DNA of 64,000 nucleotides from Epithemia pelagica (lineage: Eukaryota; Protista; Bacillariophyta). Position numbers and translations under genes: made by a program. Position 1 is the stretch's first letter. The number at the start of each line of letters is the position of its first letter. Of this stretch, positions 18,368-30,000 are shown piece after piece. Below the pieces are notes generated by a model. That model was not told where the DNA came from. It made no database searches and saw only the letters and a program-made list of their open reading frames with translations. The stretch covers positions 3,596,001 to 3,660,000 of the forward strand of contig OX337228.1 in assembly GCA_946965045.2 (NCBI GenBank), read 5' to 3'.

Positions 18368-21300
18368 CTACGATCCGTGATGAAGGTTATGGTTCGCTGA
18401 ACCCGAGGCACCATGTCCAGAACCTTGCTGCTGTTGCAATGCTCGAGCTAGCAAAGCCAGTGTGGAAGGACCCGACAGAGTGTTTTCGCCCACTCCTCCG
18501 CTGCTGAGTAAATGTTGTAAAGCTGCAAGGCGGTCGTCGGCCATGAGCTGCTGTTGCTGCTGCAGCTGTTGTTGTTGTTGTTGGCGTTCGCGTTCCAAAA
18601 TTTCAAGTGCGGCCGCCGGGTTTACGAGACTTGCCAAGTTGATTGACTGAAGTTGTTGCTGTTGTTGTTGTTGTTGATGGTGTTGATGTTGTTGTTGCTG
18701 ATGTTGTTGCTGTTGCAGCTGAAACACAGCCTGAAGTTGCTGATGATGTTCAAGCTCCGTCATCGAAGAACCGCTTCGATGCTCACCAGGTCCCACTCTA
18801 GACGGAACAACCCATGGAAGAAAGTTCGATATAACTTGCTGGTGGTGCGACTGGGGATGGTGGTGCAATAGCCGGGCAACCTCTTCCGTGATATGGTGCT
18901 GCTGTTGAGAGGGGACAACCTGCGGATGATGTTGAATATGCTGTAACGTGTTTTGAACACTTTGTGGGTGTTCCCAAACTTTCCGACGTGTAGATGGAGA
19001 GAGACTGACAGGGTCTGTTTCAGCTTCTTCGTTCCGATTTTCATGCAAATAATCCCCTCGAGCTGTCTCATTTACTGGGGTGTCTGTTACTTTCTGCTCG
19101 CGATTCTGCATGACTTCATCCGATTGACTCGGGGGAGCATTTGCAACCGAAGAAATCTTACTTTCTCCTTGAACGACTGGATCGCGGTTGTCGTCTAACA
19201 TGAGAGTTTGTCCAGTGATGGCATGACTACTACCCGAACTAACTTCTTTTCGCTTCGTCTTTTCTGGTTTGGCATGTTTCTTCGTATCTTTCTTTTTCTC
19301 GATCTGTTTCTTGTGGTCATAGTAGAAATTCTTAATTTGGGCTGTCGTCTTGGTGCCGACGGCCTGCGACAAAAGTTCCCAATCCCTTCCATTTTTCTCC
19401 AAAGTTTCCAGAAAAGTCTTCTTCTCTGCTGCAGTCCATTTTTGAGGAGCTCGTCGTGGAGTAGTCCCAGTCATCTGGATTGAAACCGAGTTCTCACCAA
19501 GATCAGATTTCGTCGATTCCTCAGGTTCTGGTAGTTGCTCCGAGGCTGGTTTTGTAAGAGAATAGGGCAATGATTCCACTTCCGAGGCCATTGATCTCAG
19601 GTGCTTTGTTTCTCTTTGATCTAAAACAAAAAGTGGATCAGCATGCCGTTTGCGATCTTGAGATTCTGCCAATGGTACATTAGTAGATTCTGTAACCTTA
19701 GAATCGTAAACAACCAGATTATCCAGAAGCTCAAGTCTGAGCGGGTGAAGAGGGGCCGTCACAAAACTGTTCTCATGGCTTGGTAGGCAGAAAATCACCG
19801 GTCGATTTTCATCAGGGCCTTCTCTTATAACAGCACCTACACTCAGTGCGGCTTGTATCGTGGCATCCCATGTGTGATATTCACCGCGGCGTTTTCTCCG
19901 AAGTATGAACTCCTTCAGTGCAGCCTTATATGGTACTGTTTGTTTCGAGTCGTAGTAAAAAGCGACGCAATCCTGAGTAGATTTGTTTCTCAAAAATGAG
20001 GCAATTTTCCGAAAGTCTTTCGGATGATGCATGAATCTGTCCAGAAATATAACCTTTTCGATATCTGTCCAGACATTCGTGATCGCGATTTCTCTCTCCA
20101 GCTCTTCAGGGTCAAAATGGGAAGAGGTGAACGTTTGGTAAATATTGGCTGTCTGTTCTCGCTCAAGCTTCGTCCTTTGGTGGGGAAGTGCTGAGCCACC
20201 ATGTGCGATCTTTTTCTCCTTCGCCGCAATTTCCGCCATGATCTGTTCTTGTTCGTATTCTGTTCTGATTTCATTCCCCCGTCGAGCTCTGCGATAAGGG
20301 TTTGTGGAGGAATTTTGCACCACCGGCCGGCTTGCACCCGATTCGAGCAAAGGGATCACAGCCTGTCTCGGAACAAGCGAAGATACCGACTGTAAATCGG
20401 CCCTAGCCTTGCGTTTCTTCCATTTCTTTGCAAAAATTTGTCTTCTGTATTCGTATTCAGAAACCAGATCTTCCCATTCACGTTCAAGCTTCTCTTGGTC
20501 GCTCCGAACATACTCCTTGACCAACTGTTGAAAAGTATTGTGTGTGTCGGTGTTGAATGTGTAGTACGGTGCATCACACGGTTGTGTATACAAAGCATCT
20601 GCGAATCCTGTTACCTGTTGTGCCAATTCGGCCCACTCCGAGCTAGTTCTGCCTTCTTTCGGGTCCACCCGTGATTGAAGGTCAGTCTGCGCCATACTAT
20701 TGACAACTTCTTTAGACATCGGGGCCGCGAAAAGAGTGGCATGGGCTTCGGCTGCCTTTTTTCGACTTTGCTCGAGGACTTGTTGAACTAGATCGCAAGT
20801 TTCTAACGACTTCGTTTGGGAACACGATTGCTTGGCTTGCGAAATCTTGGACTTCAATTCTGCTTCCAGCCCCGAAAGCTTGGCCTCTGTCTTACTTGAT
20901 GCTTGACTGAACCTCTCCAAGCTTCGTCGAGCCTGGTTCAGATCAACCTCAAAGGCTTCAGAGACCGAAACAACTTGAACGTTGACTTCTTCATTTGTTT
21001 TTCTCTCCATCTCAGATCCTATGCCCTTCATTTTGTCCTTTAAGGACGAATTAAATTCACAACGTTTATCGTCCAAGCGTACGTTTCCTTCTTTCAATAA
21101 TTTTTTCAGCTCCATGTCCTTCGTTCGACTCTCCGTTTCTTCTTGATCTCGCCTTCTTTTCAATCGTTCTTCACTTCGGGCTTTCGCATCCTCGATAAGT
21201 CTCACTCGTTCTTTTTCTTCCTCTTCTTTTTCCTTCGCGTTTTCAAGGTCCACTAGTCCCGATTTCTTCACGATTTCGTCCTGGGTCTGCTTCATCATCT

Positions 21301-23494
21301 GATCCAATTTTGCCATCGCCCGAAAAAGAAGCTGTTTTGACGGAAGCTTGCTCGGTCGGGCGTCATCGACCATTACCTTATCGACTTCCACAAGCTCAGA
21401 GAGAATCTCAACAGCTTTTTCGGCGCGGTCCACGTTCTCGTCACCCAGAGCTGTGGTGCGCAATGGTGATGGCGCTCTTGGGATCTCTTCTTTATTCGAA
21501 GATGCGGCTTTCGACGGAGGCTTGGATTTTTCGTCAACATGCACCACCACATGTGGTTTCGGACCTACAACATTTTCTCCCCCAATCGCAGAATGGTCAG
21601 GGCCCTTCTCAGTTGCCATCGGTTTTTCGGCGTCAGTCTGTCTCTCCTGTTCGCAAATGTCTTCTTTGGACGAACTGAAAGAGGCGATATTTCTTCTGTT
21701 TATCGGAGAACTCTGCGGAGATCTACCAGATGGCCAATCCCTGACGCGTCCAAACGGATCCGAACTGGGAGTCTCCAGCGGAAGCAGAGAACCGCTTGAT
21801 CTCAATGCGGGGTTCTCTGGTTGAATCCCTGGTCGATCCGCCATTGATGCAAACGAGGGCTTTAGTGCGAGGTCTTCGGAACTCCCGTCCACTGACCTTG
21901 TTGGTTCAGCGCTGTAGTCAGGGAGAAGACCAAAGCGGCTATCACCATTCCTTGAAACCGAACGACTGGCAGAGAACGACGCTGACCGCGGTGGTATACC
22001 CGGTCCGCCTCGTCCAGTGCGTCCAGCAAAGCGGCCACGCGACGAGGGTGACCGACGAAAGTCTTGGTTGCTTCCAGCTGGTCCATAATATGAGTCCGAG
22101 TCAGAAGCACGAATTGCAACTGAGGGTTCTCCTCTTCCCCTGCCTTGGTTTTGAAATCCAGGTCCAAGCGTACCTCTCCCACCAGTGTTCAAGATGGCTC
22201 CACCAGGACCTCTACCGGGTAGTGGTACACCACGTCCACCAACGCCGCGATTGCCTCGTCCAAATGGCATACCCGGTGGACCACCTGGCTCACGAAAATC
22301 GGACCCTCTCCGGTTTCGTCCGAACGGTGGATCTCGACGGAATCCATCAATCCCCTGCGGTGGTTGACCTCGTCCCGCCATTTCCGTAGGTGGGCCTGCT
22401 CCGCGGAAACCAGGATCGCGGCGGAAGTCATCGCCATCCCTCCCTCGAAACCCATGGTCGGGGAACCGCATGTCGTCACTGGCGTCACCACGATTGTTCA
22501 TATCTTCCTTTTCGGAGCCTCGAACAGACCTATCTACATCGTTCCCCAACATGGCGACTTCTTGCCGATAGCCCAATCCACCTTCTAGGAACGGAGAAGG
22601 CGTGAATGCGTTGTTGTCTTGTCCAGGCCTACGAAAAAGTCCAGCAGTATTCGAGTGATGATCTTGCGTCTGGTCCATTTCCCTCGTTGCATGCCCCCCA
22701 ACTCCCCCAGTCGATGTCTTGTCCGGCTCGGCCAAACTAGAATAAGATGGCGGTGGTGGAGGAGGAGGGGGTGGTGGCGGCGGCGGTGGAGGCTTGACTG
22801 CAGGGTAGCCACCGTCGTGGGAAGCTGTTGCGCCCTGGTTGACGTGCGGAGCAGGATTGGGTCCTCGAAAGCGAGGATCAGTGGCCCTTGTTGTCAAAGG
22901 CATTCTTGTATTGCCACTGTTGTTGCCAGTCGTATTGAAAGTACTTCCCGATTGAGACCGTTGTGGAAGTGGGGGTTGCGGTGCGGGGAGACCACCGAAC
23001 GAAGCGTGTCGACCACCGCCCATTCCGGAGCGAGAAGGAACTGAGGGCATGTTATTGAAGGAAGTTCCTGTGGGACGCGACGAAGGTCTTGGTGCCCATA
23101 GCCTTCTGGGCCCAGTAGAAGGTATTTGACTTGTGTGAGAGTTTGGTACTCCAGCAGCGATAGCACCTGCTGTCGGCGTGGAGTCCGAAGGAGGAGGACG
23201 AGAAGGTAGGGGAATGTGCGACAAATCTGGATTCTGCGGACGGTGCTGGCTGGGTTGTATTTGCTTGTCATTGTGCGTGTAACCAACACCAGACTGTCCG
23301 GAAGCTTGTTGAGGAAACGAGTGCGTCAAACGAGAGTCGATGCCCGCCGTACCTGTCGACTTGTTCGTTGAGATTTCGCCAATTTCGCCCTCTTCTTCCA
23401 TTTCACCATCCTCTCCAATGGTACGAAGCTTCTGTCTACTATCTTCTGAAGACTTGGTGTTTCCCTGCGGATTCCAAGACATCCTATCCTTCAT
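18368..23494 (-). CDS. NCoR/Snt1-like protein with two SANT domains
   Basis: WTDIEKVIFLDRFMHHPKDFRKIASFLRNKSTQDCVAFYY and KWTAAEKKTFLETLEKNGRDW...QIKNFYY; poly-P, RGG-rich and poly-Q tracts. Confidence 0.88.
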   Translation of the reverse strand: MKDRMSWNPQGNTKSSEDSRQKLRTIGEDGEMEEEGEIGEISTNKSTGTAGIDSRLTHSFPQQASGQSGVGYTHNDKQIQPSQHRPQNPDLSHIPLPSRPPPSDSTPTAGAIAAGVPNSHTSQIPSTGPRRLWAPRPSSRPTGTSFNNMPSVPSRSGMGGGRHASFGGLPAPQPPLPQRSQSGSTFNTTGNNSGNTRMPLTTRATDPRFRGPNPAPHVNQGATASHDGGYPAVKPPPPPPPPPPPPPPPSYSSLAEPDKTSTGGVGGHATREMDQTQDHHSNTAGLFRRPGQDNNAFTPSPFLEGGLGYRQEVAMLGNDVDRSVRGSEKEDMNNRGDASDDMRFPDHGFRGRDGDDFRRDPGFRGAGPPTEMAGRGQPPQGIDGFRRDPPFGRNRRGSDFREPGGPPGMPFGRGNRGVGGRGVPLPGRGPGGAILNTGGRGTLGPGFQNQGRGRGEPSVAIRASDSDSYYGPAGSNQDFRRSPSSRGRFAGRTGRGGPGIPPRSASFSASRSVSRNGDSRFGLLPDYSAEPTRSVDGSSEDLALKPSFASMADRPGIQPENPALRSSGSLLPLETPSSDPFGRVRDWPSGRSPQSSPINRRNIASFSSSKEDICEQERQTDAEKPMATEKGPDHSAIGGENVVGPKPHVVVHVDEKSKPPSKAASSNKEEIPRAPSPLRTTALGDENVDRAEKAVEILSELVEVDKVMVDDARPSKLPSKQLLFRAMAKLDQMMKQTQDEIVKKSGLVDLENAKEKEEEEKERVRLIEDAKARSEERLKRRRDQEETESRTKDMELKKLLKEGNVRLDDKRCEFNSSLKDKMKGIGSEMERKTNEEVNVQVVSVSEAFEVDLNQARRSLERFSQASSKTEAKLSGLEAELKSKISQAKQSCSQTKSLETCDLVQQVLEQSRKKAAEAHATLFAAPMSKEVVNSMAQTDLQSRVDPKEGRTSSEWAELAQQVTGFADALYTQPCDAPYYTFNTDTHNTFQQLVKEYVRSDQEKLEREWEDLVSEYEYRRQIFAKKWKKRKARADLQSVSSLVPRQAVIPLLESGASRPVVQNSSTNPYRRARRGNEIRTEYEQEQIMAEIAAKEKKIAHGGSALPHQRTKLEREQTANIYQTFTSSHFDPEELEREIAITNVWTDIEKVIFLDRFMHHPKDFRKIASFLRNKSTQDCVAFYYDSKQTVPYKAALKEFILRRKRRGEYHTWDATIQAALSVGAVIREGPDENRPVIFCLPSHENSFVTAPLHPLRLELLDNLVVYDSKVTESTNVPLAESQDRKRHADPLFVLDQRETKHLRSMASEVESLPYSLTKPASEQLPEPEESTKSDLGENSVSIQMTGTTPRRAPQKWTAAEKKTFLETLEKNGRDWELLSQAVGTKTTAQIKNFYYDHKKQIEKKKDTKKHAKPEKTKRKEVSSGSSHAITGQTLMLDDNRDPVVQGESKISSVANAPPSQSDEVMQNREQKVTDTPVNETARGDYLHENRNEEAETDPVSLSPSTRRKVWEHPQSVQNTLQHIQHHPQVVPSQQQHHITEEVARLLHHHPQSHHQQVISNFLPWVVPSRVGPGEHRSGSSMTELEHHQQLQAVFQLQQQQHQQQQHQHHQQQQQQQQLQSINLASLVNPAAALEILERERQQQQQQLQQQQQLMADDRLAALQHLLSSGGVGENTLSGPSTLALLARALQQQQGSGHGASGSANHNLHHGS

Positions 23495-24039
23495 TCTTAT
23501 GTGTCGTCTCTCGCGCTTCACTTCCTTGTCTCCCGCTGGCTAAGCAGACTTTTGCAGTCGCGTGTGTATATGTGGGGGAGGGTGTTTCCGCCCCGTTTTA
23601 CTTTTGGCGCAACTTTTGTAACAGGGGGCGCAGATTCTCATAGCTGATGTATTTTCTCCTCTAGGTACTCCATTAATTTTACATGGGTGTTGCAGTATCA
23701 TCCCTTCGGATCTTTTCAAACAGAAAGTCTGATTTCATGAGACTTGATGTACTCGTATTTATGTTTGGATCATTGACGCACAGATCGACCCTGCGCGAAT
23801 CTCCAACTTCATATCATGGATGGTTGGAAGAAGATTATTTTTTTACATATAGACAATAGACATAGCTTGGGGAGCGTTTACTTCGCCAGCTTTACTTCTA
23901 GGGATGTTACAGCTGAACCAGTGTTATGTACGAATATGAGCCTGCGTCCTGCGTCCGATTGTTTGCTAGCAAAGTGTTTGAGAGAATTATCCTTCCATTA
24001 ACCAATATTCAGGTTCTCCTGCGAACAGCCTGAAAATGA

Positions 24040-27000
24040 TTATAACTCGGCAATTTTCTTAATTCGGCTCAAAACCTTGCTGTGTAGGCTTTTCATAGAT
24101 CGTTGGTTCTCGAACACGGCAATGGCACAGTACCGACTGAGACCAGCATCTCCATTCTCCACATCCAGGGCAAGCCACAAGACATCGTTAAAAGCAAACT
24201 GAACACGTTGCGCTCCATTTAAGGCAATCTTGAGACACGCGTCCAAAACTTTGAGCCCCAAAAAGTCAACGCGGGATTCACGATCAATCATGCGCAATGC
24301 TACCAACAACCCGGAAGCAACCGAACGGTGAATTTCCATTGTTTCCTGACGATTTTCAATGACATCCAAGAAATAGGAATCCATCTCTCTAAGATATGCT
24401 TGAGGATCAGTTGCTCGTCCGACAGTCGCTCCAAGCGCAATCAGAGCGGCTTCTCGAACGTTTCTATCGTCATCATTTATGTGCTCTAGGACACTCTTTC
24501 CCACTTTGAGAACACAGTCAGACAAGTCAGCACCTACAGGGGATAACAAAATCCTCATAATGGCACAAAGTCTTCCGTGTATAGCCTCAGATGATTCTGC
24601 GGGTGAGGACAAGATGTCTTCCTCGAGGGTCTCCCGCGCTCTCTCTGGTCCAAGCAACGAACACGACGCCCCCATGACCTTGGCGGCTCCTTCTCGGACA
24701 CCCAAGTCAGGATGAACGATAAGTTCCCTTGAACAATCCAATGCCGATGGGATACTTGTTGGAAGTTTCGCCTTTCCTCCCCATTCCGGAAGGACTGACG
24801 AGAGGGCTTCCAATGTTGCGGTTTGTACCGCAATCGCGCCAGTACCTTGGGCGATGCTACTTCTTCCCAGTGCCCCTGAGACTAGTTCTTTTATCAGAGG
24901 ATCCACTCTTGCCTGGATAGGCATGAGCAAAGTCAGGGCGTTTATCGCTTCAACCCGGACCTGCCGCGAGGGATCGGAAAGATTCTTGACGAACGTAGTT
25001 TGGAACTGGGGAACAAACGCTCGCAATGCAGGTCCTCCCTTCACTAGAATGAGCCCCAAAGTTTTCAGAATAGCAACTTTGACGTTGCTAGGATTCCGAT
25101 CACCCACAATCCGAAGGAGGGGACCCGTCATCTTGACAATGAGAGGACCCGCCAAATATTTTGATCCGGTTATATGTAGAACTTCTCCCAGTCCAGCTGC
25201 ACTGACTTCACGGATTGATGGGCTGCCGTAAAGGATTCCACGTTGGTAAATTGGAAGTAATGGGTCAAGGCCTTTCAGAAGGAATTGAAATGGTAAGAAA
25301 CGAATAAAAAGTCGAACAGAAGCCGTTTGATGCTATCGCAATCAGCAAGACTAATCGTTTATCATCCTCACGACGACATTGGAATTGAAAGAGCAGTGAT
25401 CATCACATTGCGGACACTTGATGCGAGTTGTACGAACTTACCTTTCGGCATATTGAATCCAGGGAGGATAAATTCTCCGTCCCCAACTCCTCCTTTCCTT
25501 CGTCGAGCATCACTGACCATACTACCTAATAAATTACGCATAAACTCGATATGCTTCACCAACTCTTCAGCGGCTACGTGCTTTGACAGAGCAGTGAAAG
25601 CTGCATTAGTGGATTTGAGCACCGAAGTATCTTCATCATTCAAACGGTAGAGGAGTTCGCGAAGAATCACTGGAATGTGATCGTAGAAATCTTTCTTTTC
25701 CGCCCCTAGGAAGGACATGAAGAATGTTGTTAGATGATCAAGAGGGAACAGTAGGTCGACATTGACTCAGTATGCTGTCAGACAGAAATCTCATAGTAGA
25801 ACGCCGTCATAGAGACACTTCGGAAATCCTGTATCATCATTCAGAGAGGAAAGCCAGATGGAAAAGACAACTTACTTTCTTCAATCATCATTTCGAACAT
25901 GAAACAACTCTCACGTCTGATCGAAGCCTTGTCACTTGGACATTTCGAGGCAATTTCGGAAATTAAACTGTTAACACCTCCTTCATCAACATGGAAACAG
26001 ATGGACCGCACAGCACCCCTTAGCTTGTTCAATCTTGCTTCATCTTCTGGGCCGGCGTCAGATAGATCGAAAAGTAGTGCGGGTATTATCTGAGGGAAAT
26101 GGTAATGGATTGATGCTGTTGTCACTTCAGCAACTCTTGCCAAAGCTTCTGCATGCTTGGTTGAGATGGGGGACTTAATCAATCGTGGTAGAATGTACGG
26201 CAACAGCTCACGGCTTCGCACGGCAAGGATGCCAGTCAGTCCGTTCAACGCACGTGCTCTTGAGGTCTCATCCTCATCATATTCCAAAGCCACCATCAGA
26301 GAAGGTACAACTTCATCGAATGCTCTACTTCCGACAATAGTATGGAGACTCTGGAAACTTGAAGCGGCCATTGCTCGAACATCGTCATTATCGACGGATA
26401 TTGCATCTTGAACAAGTTTCACAATGATTTCGATGTACTTAGAAATCTGTTCTTTGGATGAACACTTTATAACCTCATTCAGACCAACACATACACCAAG
26501 CTTTGTTTTGTCGTCTCCCGTTTTTAGAGTGTCTCGAAGCACAGGGATGATCTGCGGAAGAACAGAATCACTTAGCCTAGTGACTATGTCTCCGAGACAC
26601 TGTGCCGCAGAAACCGTCCGATCATGGTGTCCGCTGGCGAGATTATCAATGATCCGCGACACTAACATGGAGAGGATATCACGCAACGTTCTTGCTGTGA
26701 CACTGACAACCGTCTTCCATACTTGCAGGGCGCTTTGCCGAACAAGGTATGAACCGTCACTTCTGGCCAGATAGAGCTCGCTCAGTACTCTCTTACGAGT
26801 ATCAACACCAAGGACGAGAGCAATCTGAGCCTGAGCCTTTTCAGCTTTACGTATATCATCCTGTGTATCCCCGTCACCTCTAGTGACAGTAGTTCCACCA
26901 ATCATGCTTAGAAGGTCTCCCAAAAGTGAAAGAGAAGCAACTCGAATTCTATGATCGTCGTCTCCCAATCCAACCTCCAAGCTTGGTAAAATCTTGTCAA

Positions 27001-30000
27001 CATGGACCTTTCCATGACTCCTTATGAGGACCCGTCCAGCTCTCATTGCAACATCTCTGACAAGTTCATTTTCGTCAGATAAACCACCTACCAATGCCGG
27101 AAGCGACACATCAATGAGACCTGTAAAACCTTGTCCTAGTGCAGGAGGAAGGAAAGTTAGCATCCACAGGACTCCTTCGCGCGTGCTTGACTCTGGATGA
27201 CTACGCAACGGCAAGATTTCATTTCGCATTGCTTCGTCGACGGTTTCCGTCCCAGAAGCTATCAGAACTTCCGTAAGTCCCTGAGCTGCACCACTTCTTT
27301 CGGCGGAACTGCAAATATCCTCCCGCAGCTTCTTCACAAGCCAAGGGCGCAATTCGGGCAAGATTTGGTCACCAAGATTTCTTGCCAGCGAACCGAGAGC
27401 CTTGGCAGCTGTTCCTCGCACATCGGGAATAGGGTCTAACAAAGAAAGTTGCAAATCGGGGAGCAACGTGGGCACGTAAGGAATGAAGTCGCGGGGATCA
27501 TTTATCATTGTGCAAATGTTCCCAGCTATAAGACCTCCCATTCGTTTCACGGTTGCACCTCGGTCGCGAAGCCCACGATGTAAGATCGGAACAATTAATG
27601 CAAGGCTTGGGGCATCAATAGAGTGCAAGAACTCGGTTCCAATCAGTTGCTCCAGGGCGGGCTGTGTATAATCGGCAGGATCAGTTAGGGCTTTCAGCAA
27701 AGTCGGACTGATTGACTTTATTTCAGGGTTCCTAATGACCATACTGATTTCGTGGAGAGACTCCTGTGCGCTCTCCCGCACTTTCGGATGTGTGTCACCA
27801 AAAGCCTCTGAAAGCTTAGGCACAATCTTCGGTAGAGCTGCCGCTAGTTGCTTAGGGGCTAGATGACTCATGGCGCCAAGCATATGGATAGATGCCTGCT
27901 TCGTTCTCCACGCTGGGTCATCGAACGCAGCAAGAACTGCAGGTGTTACAAGTTTCACGCCATGTGCTGAGAGTTTGCTCATGATAAGTCCCGCTGTGTC
28001 GGCCGCAGCCTTTCTGACGAATTCACTTCCGTCAGAGAACGAAGTCAGCAGAGAAGGCAATAATACGATAACATAGGGCTCAAACAAGAGCCCTAAACGG
28101 GCAGTTAATAGTTCGATTGCGAATAGAGCACCCTCCTTGTTGTTGGAGGTGCCAGATGCGAAAGCCTCTTCAAGGCTATTGACAACTTCCAACTTCTTGA
28201 GAGTGCCGATTCCACTCCCTTTCACGGCAGCAGAAAGCCCATAAGCTGCACCACGTCGAGTGGCGAGACTGGAACCGTGGAGACAATCCCGAACCAGTCC
28301 ATTTACGATTTGCTGGATTCTTTCTGGTGTTCGCCCCTTCTTCATAAGTTTCGAAAGAGCATCAGCGACGCTCGCTTGAACATCTTCACTTGGGGTAGTC
28401 AACACAGAAAGGAGCATATCGACCGTCGAGTCTACTTTGTCCTCATTTTCAGGTCCTTTCAGATGAAGTGCAACAGATCCGAGAGCCACGACAGCTCCTT
28501 CCTTCCTGCGATCCAGTGCTGACAAATCTCTGGGAACTTTTGAAGACGGCAGGGAACCAAGGCCGGTCTCATCTGCTACTCCAGATTTAAGTACCGTCTC
28601 AAGCTGGGGAAGTAGAAACGCCACTGCTTCTTCGGATCCTCCGTGTGCTGCGATAATCTCACAAAAAGTATTTCTAGCTCTTGTCTTCACATTTTCGTCG
28701 ACTTCCGCAATCCCATAAGTGATAAAAAAACTAGTGAGCTGACTTAGGGCCTCCAACTCAAAATTCATAGGAACAGATTTATTCGTAGTGGCACCCAGTG
28801 TCCGCAGAACTCCAATTCTGGTTGCGACATACGACGGAGTGTCCTTTTGTTCATCTGAATCAGTTGTCTCTACTCGGAACTGAATTTCCAATTCGTCTTT
28901 ACCTAACTGCCTCTCTTCTTTTGGCTTCATCATAGCCTTCGTCGCGGCAGATGAAAGCTTCTTTTTTGTCCCGATCTTTGGTTTGCCAATTCCAGCAAGA
29001 CCCGCAGGCGTCTTTGAAGCAGGTTTCTTTTTTGGTAAGAGTGCCGAGGCGGGTTTCTTCTTCGGGACAGGAGTTACTGATAACGAAACATCGGATGATT
29101 TGCTCGATTGCTTCCTTTGTCCAATTGTAGGGAATGCCACTATATATGCCTTGCAAAGGCTCTCAATGTTTCGATTCATCGAACTCTTGTGCATTGCTAA
29201 GGCATATGCAAACGCCTTTGCAGAAGCTTCTGCAATTGATGAATCGTCTGAACTAAGAAGAGGCAAGAGGGGAGCAGCATAAAAGGCCGAAGGTGAAGTC
29301 ATCGTTTCATCTTCAACTCCGTGCATGACGAACCACGTTTTGCGCGCAACACGGCGGATCTCCTCCTCGCTTGAAAAACAGTTTACCCAAACTCTATTTT
29401 CGTTCAGAGGATCTTGTTTAACCAACTTTCCATTCACTGATGCAACTGCTTCAAGCGCCATCATTGACGCAATTCTACAATTGCGTGATCCGAGGGCACC
29501 GCGATCGTCCAGCAGCGGCGCGAGTTCAGATGTGGTTAATGTAAGGATGTCATCACTCTCTGCCGTTGCTTGGTAGCACGCAACCAGTACTTCAAAAGGT
29601 GACGGTTGATGGAATGCTTGAGCCCGATCATGACGGAGAAGCTCAAGGACACTTATCGCCACCTCTTTGCGAACGCCTTTCAGAACCGGGTCATCCAAAA
29701 GCAGTGTGTGCCTTCCAACAATCTCGAGCGCTGACTCGCATCCCTGTGGTGTACGTGGTCCATGGATTACCGCCTTTAACACAGGTAGTATGAAAACAAA
29801 GGAGCCTCTCGACAAAAGGTCGCCATAGATGTCTACCTCATGTACCAACGAAGCGGCATGAACACATGGTGACGGGAGAGCTACCGTGTCAATAGACATG
29901 GCAGTCGACCCGGCAGTCCGACAAGAAATCAAGAGAGATTGAGCAATATCAGGAGCGAACTTCTCTTCAACTTCGTAAACACAAGTTGCCATAGCTTTCA

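Noticed and set aside
18540-18720. CAG/CAA-type triplet repeats
   Set aside because: Ordinary poly-Q coding tracts of the SANT protein; not an array. No CRISPR-like repeat-spacer structure was seen anywhere in the window.
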